Positions 19,248 through 28,288 of a stretch of 64,000 nucleotides of DNA are shown here, piece by piece. Position 1 is the first letter of the stretch, and the number at the start of each line of letters is the position of its first letter. The notes beneath the pieces were generated by a model. The model was not told the DNA's origin. It made no database searches and saw nothing but the letters and a program-made list of their open reading frames with translations. The stretch comes from an uncultured Muribaculaceae bacterium (lineage in GTDB: Bacteria; Bacillota_I; Bacilli_A; RF39; UBA660): the NCBI GenBank assembly GCA_964630365.1, contig CAZVUP010000002.1, positions 10,188-74,187 on the forward strand. The letters are read 5' to 3'. Position numbers and translations under genes: made by a program.

Positions 19248-21038
19248 TTAATTTTCATCATAATTTTTTTCAATAATAATGTCATCAATTTCTTTCTTAT
19301 GTGAACTTGAATAATTATTTGTCTGTAAGTCAATATAGAATTCATTATCTTTCATAAGTTCATTATGAGTACCTTGTCCAACAATATTACCTTTATTTAA
19401 AACAATTATTTTATCAGCAATCTTCATTACATCTTTTTTGTGAGTTATAATTATTATTGTATGATCTAATTTTAAATTTTCAAAAATATCTTTAATTTTT
19501 TCAACTAACAAGGTATCTAATGAACTTGTAACCTCATCAAAGATTAATATTTCAGCTTTTGATAATAGTGTCCTTGCTATTGCTAGTAATTGTTTTTGTC
19601 CTCCACTAAAGTTTGTAGCATTCTCTGTTAAAATAGTATTATATCCTTTTGGTAAACTCATTATATAATCATGAATACCAACTCTTTTACAAGCTTCAAT
19701 TTGATGCTCTATATTTGAATCTATTAGAGATAAATTTCTTTTAATGCTCATATTAAATATAAATGGAGATTGATTAACTCCAACTACATTAGTAGAGTAT
19801 ACATCTTTTGAATAATCATATAAATTTTCTCCATCTATTAGAATTTGACCATCATCTATTTTATATTTTCTGAGAATCAAATTTGTAATAGTTGTTTTAC
19901 CAGAGCCACTATGACCAACAAGTGCAGTAATTTTATTTGGTTCAGCAACAAAACTAATGTTTTCTATATTTCCTTTATTTTTAGATTTATAAGAAAAATT
20001 CACATTTTTAAATTCAACTAATCCATCAATATAATCATTGTCATTCATTCCAAAAGTTATTTGTTGTTTGCTTGAATAATTTAATATATTATTAATTCTT
20101 GTTATAGAAATAGACCATTCTCTAATTTGTCTTGAATATCCCATGAGATCATTTGTATTAGACATTATATTTTCAAAATATGTAATTAATAGTATTAACA
20201 TATTTACTTCATATCTACCTTTTAATACAAAAAACACTAATACTAAATATAATAATACTTTACCAAAATGTATTATAAATGGTAATAAACTTGATCTAAT
20301 ATTAACATATTTTCTCTTTGACATATATTGGTCAGACCATCTATTAGCTATTATATAAAAATTATTTTTTATCTTATCATAAATATTAAAAACTTTAATT
20401 TCACCTAATCCATTTAATATTTGTGACAAATTATCAGTTAGTTTATCTCTATATTTTTGTTGGCCTCTTAAATATTTTGTGCTCATTATATTACAATAAT
20501 CAAAAGACTTTAAATATAAATATTCTAATATCAAAACAAAAATACCAATATAAATATTTGTTTTTAAAAAGATAAATATCATTATAATAACTTTAACAAA
20601 AACAACAATTATTTCACAAACATTATCAATCATTTCAGATAAATTAGCAGTATCAGTGTTTACAGTATTTAAAATTGTTCCCTTAGATAATTTATCTGAA
20701 AACTCTGTGTCGTAGGTAAATACTTTATCTACAATTTTCTCTCTTAAATTTTTATAACTATACTTAAAATTATGAGAATATGAAACATAATTCAGATACC
20801 AGAATAAATTATATGCAATATATGTAATAGCCAACAAGCCTATATTCATATATGTTGCACTTGCATTACCATTAGTTACCTGATAAATAATATTGGAAGT
20901 AAATACTGGAATTAATAAACTAGATAGGTGTGCCATTATAGAACCGAAGAATAATAAAAATATCCATTTTTTAGTACCTTTAACTAACTTAAAAAAATCT
21001 CTTATTATTTTTATATTATCTTTTATCATAGTTACCAC
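19248..21038 (-). CDS. ABC transporter, fused permease/ATP-binding half-transporter (exporter type)
   Basis: N-terminal 6-TM domain. Walker A GHSGSGKTT, signature LSGGQKQLLAIARTL, Walker B ILIFDEVTSSLD. Confidence 0.85.
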   Translation of the reverse strand: MVTMIKDNIKIIRDFFKLVKGTKKWIFLLFFGSIMAHLSSLLIPVFTSNIIYQVTNGNASATYMNIGLLAITYIAYNLFWYLNYVSYSHNFKYSYKNLREKIVDKVFTYDTEFSDKLSKGTILNTVNTDTANLSEMIDNVCEIIVVFVKVIIMIFIFLKTNIYIGIFVLILEYLYLKSFDYCNIMSTKYLRGQQKYRDKLTDNLSQILNGLGEIKVFNIYDKIKNNFYIIANRWSDQYMSKRKYVNIRSSLLPFIIHFGKVLLYLVLVFFVLKGRYEVNMLILLITYFENIMSNTNDLMGYSRQIREWSISITRINNILNYSSKQQITFGMNDNDYIDGLVEFKNVNFSYKSKNKGNIENISFVAEPNKITALVGHSGSGKTTITNLILRKYKIDDGQILIDGENLYDYSKDVYSTNVVGVNQSPFIFNMSIKRNLSLIDSNIEHQIEACKRVGIHDYIMSLPKGYNTILTENATNFSGGQKQLLAIARTLLSKAEILIFDEVTSSLDTLLVEKIKDIFENLKLDHTIIIITHKKDVMKIADKIIVLNKGNIVGQGTHNELMKDNEFYIDLQTNNYSSSHKKEIDDIIIEKNYDEN

Positions 21039-21048
21039 ATCCTAACTT

Positions 21049-21900
21049 TTATACTCCAACTAATTCAGATTCTAATATACTAATTATTTCTTTTATTGCA
21101 TTAATTGTATCTTCAAATTTAACCCCTTTTGCATATAAATTTTTTGAAACATATTCATTCCATAAATTATTCATGTTATTATCATCAATCAAATCATTAA
21201 TAACTTCATTAAATTGTTCTATATCAATATTTGTTTCTCTTCTTTTAAAAGTATTATTAATTGCTTTAATCAAGTTATTTTTATTTAATTCATTCATCTT
21301 TATATTGATTAATATATAGACATCATAAAAATCCTTTAATCTGGTATTTAATAAACCTATAGTAACAATAGTTTGAAATTTTTCTGCTAGTACTGTCTCA
21401 AGTGTATATGACATTATAGGTATTTTTTTATTCTCAAAAATAGAATTATAATTATATTTCATCTCTTTTGGTGTAATAACATCTCCTGTTGTTAATTCAA
21501 CAGTAATATAGGTTTTATTATTATCTAACTTAGATAATATATTTAATCTAAAACCTCCATATTCATCTTCTAATCTAATATCTTTAATAGAAACAACTTG
21601 AAATGATACACCATCATCAATATCTATATTAAGTATTTCATTAAATACTTTTTCTACATCGTTTTTTGTAAGAGGGATACCCTTTAAAGTTGCATCCATA
21701 TCTTTAGTAGTTCTTTCATCATCTCCAATAATAGAAGTAAGTAATAATCCACCTTTTAATATTATTTGCCCTCTATAATTACTTATAGATATTCTTTCTA
21801 AAATTCTTTCAAAGTAAAATAATTGATAAAATTTTTGTGAAATATCACTATTACCATGTGCTTTTTTAGATATGATGTTTTTTAATTTGTCAGAATTCAT
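21049..21900 (-). CDS. AbiEii/AbiGii-type nucleotidyltransferase toxin (DUF1814)
   Basis: N-terminal FYFERILERISISNYRGQIILKGGLLL matches the AbiEii family N-terminus. 283 aa. Confidence 0.7.
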   Translation of the reverse strand: MNSDKLKNIISKKAHGNSDISQKFYQLFYFERILERISISNYRGQIILKGGLLLTSIIGDDERTTKDMDATLKGIPLTKNDVEKVFNEILNIDIDDGVSFQVVSIKDIRLEDEYGGFRLNILSKLDNNKTYITVELTTGDVITPKEMKYNYNSIFENKKIPIMSYTLETVLAEKFQTIVTIGLLNTRLKDFYDVYILINIKMNELNKNNLIKAINNTFKRRETNIDIEQFNEVINDLIDDNNMNNLWNEYVSKNLYAKGVKFEDTINAIKEIISILESELVGV

Positions 21901-22511
21901 TAAAGTAACACCTCCATATATTCAAGAACTTTTTTATCAATATTTAATTTTTTTGCATATTTCATTAGTTTTAATAAATTTTTATCTTTTCTTTCGGCAT
22001 ACCATTTTAATGCTTTTGTAAAAATCTCTTTATCCATATGATTTCTATATTTAACTATATCACAAATAGTTCTTTCTAAATCATAAGTTCTAAGTTTCAT
22101 TCCAAAAGGAGATTCAACAGTAGTTAAACCTAGGTCTAAAAACTCTTTTTTTACATAATGTAATTGAACATTTTTATCCTTACTTAAACTACCACTATAT
22201 CCAACTGGTACAGTCATATCAAAATAAAGTGGTGTTCTATCAGATAAATCATAAAAATAAAGCGCTGTAGAATGAGAAAAAACACAGTTTTTAGATTTTA
22301 ATTGATATTTATAATAATCATCACAAAAAGAATTAGTAATTGCATAATATCCTCTTGTAATTCTTTCTAATTTATTTTGTTCAACTAATCTTGTTAATTC
22401 AATAGTATTAATATTTGCATCCTTAACTTGTTTTGTTGTCACATATCCGTTATTTTCATTTGCAATTTTAATAATTTTCTCAGCATTAGTCATATTATCA
22501 CTTTCCTTCAT
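21900..22511 (-). CDS. AbiEi-type antitoxin/transcriptional regulator
   Basis: N-terminal winged-helix-like block (YVTTKQVKDANINTIELTRLVEQNKLERITRGYY). Start overlaps the stop of the AbiEii gene. Confidence 0.65.
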   Translation of the reverse strand: MKESDNMTNAEKIIKIANENNGYVTTKQVKDANINTIELTRLVEQNKLERITRGYYAITNSFCDDYYKYQLKSKNCVFSHSTALYFYDLSDRTPLYFDMTVPVGYSGSLSKDKNVQLHYVKKEFLDLGLTTVESPFGMKLRTYDLERTICDIVKYRNHMDKEIFTKALKWYAERKDKNLLKLMKYAKKLNIDKKVLEYMEVLL

Positions 22512-23135
22512 TTTAATTTTATCATTTATTTAAAACTAAGTAAATGTATTTTGTTGCTTTTATACTTATTTTTTTATTTTTTTGCGTTTTTTTACAACAT
22601 TATATATAAACAAAAAAGCCAACTTGTCTTGTCAGCTTTTCTGTCAAACATGCATTTATTTATAAATAATGCATCATTCATAAATAAATGTTTACACCTT
22701 TGTAAGCTTTGACATGCTTACACTCACTACTTACTGCTTGAATAATATTTAGTGGCAAAATGAGCTTAATACTCAACAATATCCCATTCCCCATAATCCT
22801 ATCTTAAGTTTTGTAACAATAAATCGTTACATAGCGCTAAAATTACATTTAATGGTTGTTAACTAATCATTTAATACTAAGGGTGTACCACCAAAGGTAA
22901 AATCGCTTTTAACACGACATCACCTCCTAATTTTCGTCATTTTCAAGATAAAATATATACAAGTATACACTTTATCCATCTAACGACAACTAAATTATAT
23001 CATAAATCCCAGTTTTTACCAAGTAAATAAAAGGAAAAAGTCAAATTTTTATGAATAAATTATAATTAAATTCAACATCATACTTTTTCATATATTTACT
23101 AGTAATTCCTATAGTTATAGTAAAGGTATCATTTA

Positions 23136-24392
23136 TTAGACAGTAAGGTGAATTGGTGTAACACTAACTCCCTGTCCAAAAGCACTAGTAGCAAGTTCAA
23201 CATTTCCAACCCTATTTAAAGGAAATAAAATACCACTTCCTTCACCATTTAAATCAATACCTGTCTTTTCACCAAAACCAAATTTATTAATATAAGAAAA
23301 AAGTCTTTCTTTACCCAAAAGTTGCCCTATTCTGACAAAACCAGGATTACAAGAATTTTGTAATACTTGAAGAAAAGTCTGATCACCATGTCCTCCTGCC
23401 TTCCAACATTTTAAAATACTACCATCTACGTTTACTTTACCCGAATCATAAAAATGATCATTAAAAATATCAATAACGCCTTCTTCAACAGCTGAAGCCA
23501 TTGTAACCACTTTAAAAGTACTTCCTGGCTCATAAGATGCCCAAATAGGTAAATTTCTACTAAGAGTTGCACTATCATAATCTTTATAATTATTTGCATC
23601 AAAATCAGGTGTAGAACTCATTCCTAGTATTTCACCATTTTTAGGATTAACTACAATCGCTAAAGCCATATCTGGTTGAAACATATCAACAATATTATCC
23701 ATCTCGCGCTCTAAAGATTTTTGTATATTAATATCTATTGTTAAATTAATATTCATCCCACTTGTAGGGGCAACATAAACATCAGTCATATTAATCTTAT
23801 TTCCATGGGCATCAGCAAAATACTTTATTGCTCCATTTTTACCAGTCAAATACTTATCATATTGTAGTTCTAATCCAGCTAATCCTTGATTATCGATACC
23901 AACATACCCTAATGAATGAGAAAGTAAATCTTTATATGGATAATTTCTTTTAGCTTCTTTTACTAAATAAACACCTTCTAAGTTTAATTTATCAATTCTA
24001 TCAGCAATATCATAAGATAATCTTCTCCCTTCAGGATGAACTCTTTCTATTGAAACTTTTTTCATAACATGCTTTTTCATTTCATCATAACTAACATTAA
24101 GAATCTTAGAAAGCTCAGTAATAGCTTTTTTCTTTTCCTTAATTTGATTTGGTATCAACACTAAAGATGTTGTCGTCAAATTATCAGCAAGAACATTACC
24201 ATTTCTATCAAGTATTTTCCCTCTGTCTGCTTCAATTTCTAAATTTCTACTCCATAAGTCTTTAGCTAAATTATTTAACTTTTTATATTGAAAAAACTGA
24301 ATATAAAAAACTTTAAATATTATTAAAATAAATAATAGTAACATAATTAAAAATAAAACTTTAATACGTCTATCTATTCCTTTTTTAAACAT
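23136..24392 (-). CDS. class B PBP (SpoVD-like), 5' portion of the gene split by the inserted element: TM anchor, dimerisation domain, SxxK and SxN motifs
   Basis: MFKKGIDRRIKVLFLIMLLLF TM helix. STFK (SxxK) and SCN (SxN) transpeptidase motifs. Ends GQGVSVTPIHLTV-stop, exactly where PBPs continue with TPLQ...AVSAV. Confidence 0.85.
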   Translation of the reverse strand: MFKKGIDRRIKVLFLIMLLLFILIIFKVFYIQFFQYKKLNNLAKDLWSRNLEIEADRGKILDRNGNVLADNLTTTSLVLIPNQIKEKKKAITELSKILNVSYDEMKKHVMKKVSIERVHPEGRRLSYDIADRIDKLNLEGVYLVKEAKRNYPYKDLLSHSLGYVGIDNQGLAGLELQYDKYLTGKNGAIKYFADAHGNKINMTDVYVAPTSGMNINLTIDINIQKSLEREMDNIVDMFQPDMALAIVVNPKNGEILGMSSTPDFDANNYKDYDSATLSRNLPIWASYEPGSTFKVVTMASAVEEGVIDIFNDHFYDSGKVNVDGSILKCWKAGGHGDQTFLQVLQNSCNPGFVRIGQLLGKERLFSYINKFGFGEKTGIDLNGEGSGILFPLNRVGNVELATSAFGQGVSVTPIHLTV

Positions 24393-24578
24393 ATTCCACC
24401 TCTGATATAGAATATGAAAAATTATTATCTAAAATGAAAAAAACTCTTATAGACACTTTAAATACTCATATTTAAAAAATATTCTTAAATTATGAAAACT
24501 AGCATTATAAATAATTATAAAAATATGTTTACATGAAAAAAAATATATATTAAAATATGCACAAAAGGAGGAATAATT

Positions 24579-25091
24579 ATGGGATTATTAAATCTTTTTA
24601 AAAGTAAGAATGATAATAATTATTTTAAATATGTTGAGGAACTTCCAAAAAATTTAAATGCAGCAGTAGAAAATACAATTATATTAGCACCAAAACTACT
24701 TAAAATAAAATCGAAAAAAGGAAAATCTATCGCGAAGGAAATATATGAAATAGTTAACAAAATATTAGAAACAGATCAACTTCCAGATGGTTATTCTACA
24801 ATAGATGATGTTGCTGTAGATTTAGGAATATACTATGGTTATGCCATATGTGAACATTATAAATGGTCATGGAAAGCAGTCAAAAACATTAAAAATGTTG
24901 AGGGAATAGTTAGTATAGTTTCTCCTGGTGAGAATTATAGTATACAACCAATGAATTATATGCTAAAAATATTAACTAAAAACAATATTGGTTTAAATGG
25001 TGAAAATGATAACACTATATTGCTTCTATTCAACATGTTAGAAGATATAGATAATAAACCTACTGAAAAAAAATATACTCCAATATTTTAA
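24579..25091 (+). CDS. hypothetical protein (170 aa)
   Basis: ORF with AGGAGG RBS and a downstream terminator. No motif recognised. Confidence 0.5.
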   Translation: MGLLNLFKSKNDNNYFKYVEELPKNLNAAVENTIILAPKLLKIKSKKGKSIAKEIYEIVNKILETDQLPDGYSTIDDVAVDLGIYYGYAICEHYKWSWKAVKNIKNVEGIVSIVSPGENYSIQPMNYMLKILTKNNIGLNGENDNTILLLFNMLEDIDNKPTEKKYTPIF

Positions 25092-25130
25092 AACTACTCT
25101 GTTTAATACAGAGTAGTTTTTTTATTTTTA
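25092..25130 (+). terminator. rho-independent terminator
   Basis: ACTACTCTGT ttaata CAGAGTAGT followed by TTTTTTTATTTTT. Confidence 0.55.
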
Positions 25131-25184
25131 ACTTAAAAAATCATAGAAAATTTATTAATTAAAATGAAAAAAGTGCTTTGCACT

Positions 25185-26057
25185 TTATTTATTATTAATT
25201 AAAAATTCAATAAACTTCTTGACTGCAGCATTAAGATTTTCTTCATAATAATTGAAACAAATATCAACTGTAGGCAAATCAGTAATATTTAAACATTCCA
25301 AGTCAGATTCATATTCAATAAACTTACCAGGTAAATAACCTATTCCTATGCCATTATTGACTAATCTTAACATAGTATCCATATTAGATACTTCAATAAC
25401 AGAATCTAACTCTACATTTTTATTTTTTAAATAATCATCAAGCCTAGATCTTAAATTAGTACCCATACTCGGTAATATTAAATTATATTTTTTTAAGTCA
25501 GTAATATCAGTTATCCTAATATCATTAAAATTATTTTTGTTAAATACAAAATAATTATCAAAACTAGTTAAAGCTTCTTTAGAAATATCACTATTAACAT
25601 TAATTGGTAAAATGTCTAGTGCGATATCAATTTTCTTAGTAAGAAGCATATCTAATAATTCAGATGTATTAGCGTTTAGTATTATAAACTTTATACCAGG
25701 AAATAAATCTCTAAATTTAGAAACTATTTCTGTAATATAAAGTGCTGGTAAAACATTACTAACACCAATTCTAATGTTACCAATATCCAAATTATTTAAA
25801 TTCTGAATATGTTCTTCAGCACCTTTTAAAATATTAAATGCCGTTGAAACATAACGGTATAACTCCTTAGCTTCATTAGTAGGCTCTATTCCCTTAGAAT
25901 TTCTATTAAATAAAGTATATCCTAATTGATTCTCCAATTCTTTTAGACTATAACTAATTGCCGGTTGAGAAACATAAAGTTTACTAGCCGTTTTCGATAT
26001 AGATTTTTCTTCAAATAAATATAAAAATATCTTATACAGGTTATAATCAATATTCAT
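25185..26057 (-). CDS. LysR family transcriptional regulator
   Basis: N-terminal HTH (ISKTASKLYVSQPAISYSLKELE) and a LysR substrate-binding domain. 290 aa. Confidence 0.85.
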   Translation of the reverse strand: MNIDYNLYKIFLYLFEEKSISKTASKLYVSQPAISYSLKELENQLGYTLFNRNSKGIEPTNEAKELYRYVSTAFNILKGAEEHIQNLNNLDIGNIRIGVSNVLPALYITEIVSKFRDLFPGIKFIILNANTSELLDMLLTKKIDIALDILPINVNSDISKEALTSFDNYFVFNKNNFNDIRITDITDLKKYNLILPSMGTNLRSRLDDYLKNKNVELDSVIEVSNMDTMLRLVNNGIGIGYLPGKFIEYESDLECLNITDLPTVDICFNYYEENLNAAVKKFIEFLINNK

Positions 26058-26127
26058 ACTAATCCCCTCGAGGCATATTATATTAGAACCTTATAAAAAT
26101 GTCAAACAATATAATTATATTTTATAG

Positions 26128-27435
26128 CTAATTAGTAGGCAAATAAATAGTACTACATTTATCATTTTCTAAAAGACACAAACTTCCACCCTCAGAACTT
26201 TCACGATACTTATACTCATAGTTTTGATCTACATTCTCCATTTTAGCATGAATATAATAATCATTATCCCTACTTTCCCAATGATATGTGCCGCTGATTT
26301 TTGTATCATTTTTAGTAATCTCTATTTTTCCTTTCTTGATACTAATAACACTTCCTTCATCTCCTTTATATGTATTTTCAAAAGGAGATGGAGAACTTGC
26401 CAAAACAATAAAGGCAAGAATTATCATTACTACTCGAAAAACTATTACTATTCTTCCCGTATTACTACCAAATTTTTTAATTAATAATCTTTTTATTTGT
26501 GGAACAAAACTAATAATAGCCAGTAACCAAACACAAATATTTAAAAATCCTTCATTATTAAAAATAGACCCTAAAAACATTATAAATAAGAAAAATATCG
26601 TAATATAACAAATAATATCCCAAATAAAATTAGTCTTCTTATCTACTTCAACTACCTTTTCTTTAGAAACTGTTTTACTAGCTTTCTTGAAATCAGTTCC
26701 TAAACGTTCAACATATTTAGTACGCATTTCTTTCAATTCAGAAACATAAGAACTACTTAAATGATATTTTGCATCATTACTATTTCCCAAAATAATATCA
26801 ATAATTTCGACAATACTAGAAAGAATTCTTTTTTCTAAAGCCTTATCACCAACAACAATACTATCTAGATAAACATATCCATCTAAACAAGCTTCTAATC
26901 GTTCAATATATCCCTTTGTCTGTTCTTTATTAAGTTTATTACGATTATAAATATCTACAATATAATTTTTTGTTACATATAAAGTAGTACCTGTATCATT
27001 AATACAATCATTAATTTCATTTTTAGACAACTTCATTTTTTTCATTAAATCATATGCTGTCTTCATTCCTTTAATAGATGCATTAATATCCAAGACATTA
27101 TAATCTGTAATTAAAGTACGGCATAATCCTCTACGTAATACCACAATAGGATTATCCGGATTAATCTCTTCAGCCTTAGAATAAGCCTTATAGGCTTCTT
27201 CAAATTCTTGATTTTCAAAATAACGATTTCCTAATTTTAAGTAATTATCAAAAGTAGGAGAATCCTTTAATTCTACTTTTAATAGATTTTCTACCGCTTC
27301 CTCGACAATTATTTCTGTATCACAATACTCACATTTCGTAAATTTTAAACTTCTATCTACCTTAATATTTGCTCCACAAGATGGACATTTAGCAGCAACT
27401 AATTTCATATTATCACCGTATAAATTATAACACAT
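26128..27435 (-). CDS. membrane protein with N-terminal zinc ribbon and TPR-like segment
   Basis: CPSCGANIKVD...CEYCDTEI zinc ribbon. TPR-like YLKLGNRYFENQEFEEAYKAYSKAEEINPDNP. 3-4 central TM helices and a C-terminal extracytoplasmic domain. Confidence 0.5.
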   Translation of the reverse strand: MCYNLYGDNMKLVAAKCPSCGANIKVDRSLKFTKCEYCDTEIIVEEAVENLLKVELKDSPTFDNYLKLGNRYFENQEFEEAYKAYSKAEEINPDNPIVVLRRGLCRTLITDYNVLDINASIKGMKTAYDLMKKMKLSKNEINDCINDTGTTLYVTKNYIVDIYNRNKLNKEQTKGYIERLEACLDGYVYLDSIVVGDKALEKRILSSIVEIIDIILGNSNDAKYHLSSSYVSELKEMRTKYVERLGTDFKKASKTVSKEKVVEVDKKTNFIWDIICYITIFFLFIMFLGSIFNNEGFLNICVWLLAIISFVPQIKRLLIKKFGSNTGRIVIVFRVVMIILAFIVLASSPSPFENTYKGDEGSVISIKKGKIEITKNDTKISGTYHWESRDNDYYIHAKMENVDQNYEYKYRESSEGGSLCLLENDKCSTIYLPTN

Positions 27436-27475
27436 ACAAACAAAAAAGTGTAGGTTAAGAACCTACACTAGAATA
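27436..27475 (-). terminator. hairpin terminator after the ABC-2 permease gene
   Basis: Minus strand GTGTAGGTT ctta ACCTACAC followed by TTTTTTG. Confidence 0.45.
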
Positions 27476-28288
27476 TCTTTTCATTCCCAAATAAAACATT
27501 AAAATACAAGGTATTAAATAAATACCTACTAACAAAGGAGATAATCCATATAAAAGATTATTTTTATGACCTAAAAAATAAAGTAATGGATAATAATTAA
27601 CAAAAGCATATGGAATAATAAAAGTAAAAAATATGACAAAACCTTTAGAAAATACTCCTATTGGATATTGAGCCATATGTTTACCACCATCAGTAAAAAC
27701 ATTTCTTACTTCTAAACCCTGTACTGTATAAAAACAATAAGCAGCTGCTACTAAAAATATTCCAAAGAAAATAATACAAGAAGATAACAACATAAGTAAT
27801 AAAGTAATTATTTTCATAACAGTCCACTTAATTGCTAAATGTCTAAGTGCAATCACAAGAACTATTATTGCCTGAATTAATCTTGATAATTTTACAAAAT
27901 CACCTTCACTATATGCTGACTGTAAAATTAAGTTTTTAGGTCGAAGTAATAATCTATCAAATTCTCCTCTAATTATCAAATTATCAAATTGATCTATCCC
28001 TCTAGCAAAAACCTCATTGAAAGAAAAACCAAATTGAATAATTGAAAAACAAAGTAAAACTTCATATAATGTAAAACCTTTAATATTATCAAACTTAGTA
28101 AATAGAGCCAAAATAACAAAATAATATGTAAAAAAAACTAATATTTGAGAGAGAAAAGATAAAATGAAATTTGCTCGGTACTCCAACTCACTTTTTAAGT
28201 GCATACCGAGAGCATGAAAATACACTTTCACTTTATCCTCCTTGAACAACAACTCTTTTAATATTTTTTTGTAATAATAAACTTCCAA
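27455..28288 (-). CDS. ABC-2 family transporter permease
   Basis: 6-TM polytopic protein in an operon with an ABC ATPase. Confidence 0.55.
   Translation of the reverse strand: MEVYYYKKILKELLFKEDKVKVYFHALGMHLKSELEYRANFILSFLSQILVFFTYYFVILALFTKFDNIKGFTLYEVLLCFSIIQFGFSFNEVFARGIDQFDNLIIRGEFDRLLLRPKNLILQSAYSEGDFVKLSRLIQAIIVLVIALRHLAIKWTVMKIITLLLMLLSSCIIFFGIFLVAAAYCFYTVQGLEVRNVFTDGGKHMAQYPIGVFSKGFVIFFTFIIPYAFVNYYPLLYFLGHKNNLLYGLSPLLVGIYLIPCILMFYLGMKRYSSVGS

Larger units (their letters stand above)
15798..23157. mobile_element. ~7.4 kb intervening/integrated element interrupting the SpoVD-like PBP gene. Carries a large serine recombinase, an AbiE module and an ABC exporter.
   Basis: PBP 5' piece ends GQGVSVTPIHLTV-stop at 23136. 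The 3' piece resumes stop-TPLQQVMAVSAVVNGG at 15805. The recombinase gene abuts the junction. Joining at a CC dinucleotide gives an in-frame PBP. Confidence 0.7.

Noticed and set aside
18984-19345. ORFs 18984..19220 (+, 78 aa) and 19157..19345 (-, 62 aa) in the repeat-rich intergenic region
   Set aside because: No RBS (a C-rich stretch precedes the ATG), low-complexity translations, and the second overlaps the ABC transporter's 3' end. More likely a non-coding regulatory region.
20143-22712. Plus-strand ORFs 20143..20358 and 22428..22712
   Set aside because: The first is antisense within the ABC transporter. The second overlaps the AbiEi gene start and runs into non-coding AT-rich DNA without an RBS.
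22512-23135. 624-bp non-coding stretch at the right end of the element, scanned for tRNA, group II intron or riboswitch features
   Set aside because: No cloverleaf, no conserved intron domain V motif and no recognisable riboswitch core by eye. Left unannotated; it probably contains the att arm and the promoter for the element genes.
23150-23165. Shared hexamer GTTACA in both PBP flanks as the crossover site
   Set aside because: Joining at GTTACA puts the 3' fragment out of frame; it would read the recombinase C-terminal frame ...TTGNGCIGCC. The CC dinucleotide two bases downstream restores the PBP frame, so GTTACA is coincidental or part of the imperfect att arms.
26224-26608. Two overlapping plus-strand ORFs (86 and 106 aa) antisense to the zinc-ribbon/TPR membrane protein gene
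   Set aside because: Antisense, mutually overlapping, no RBS.
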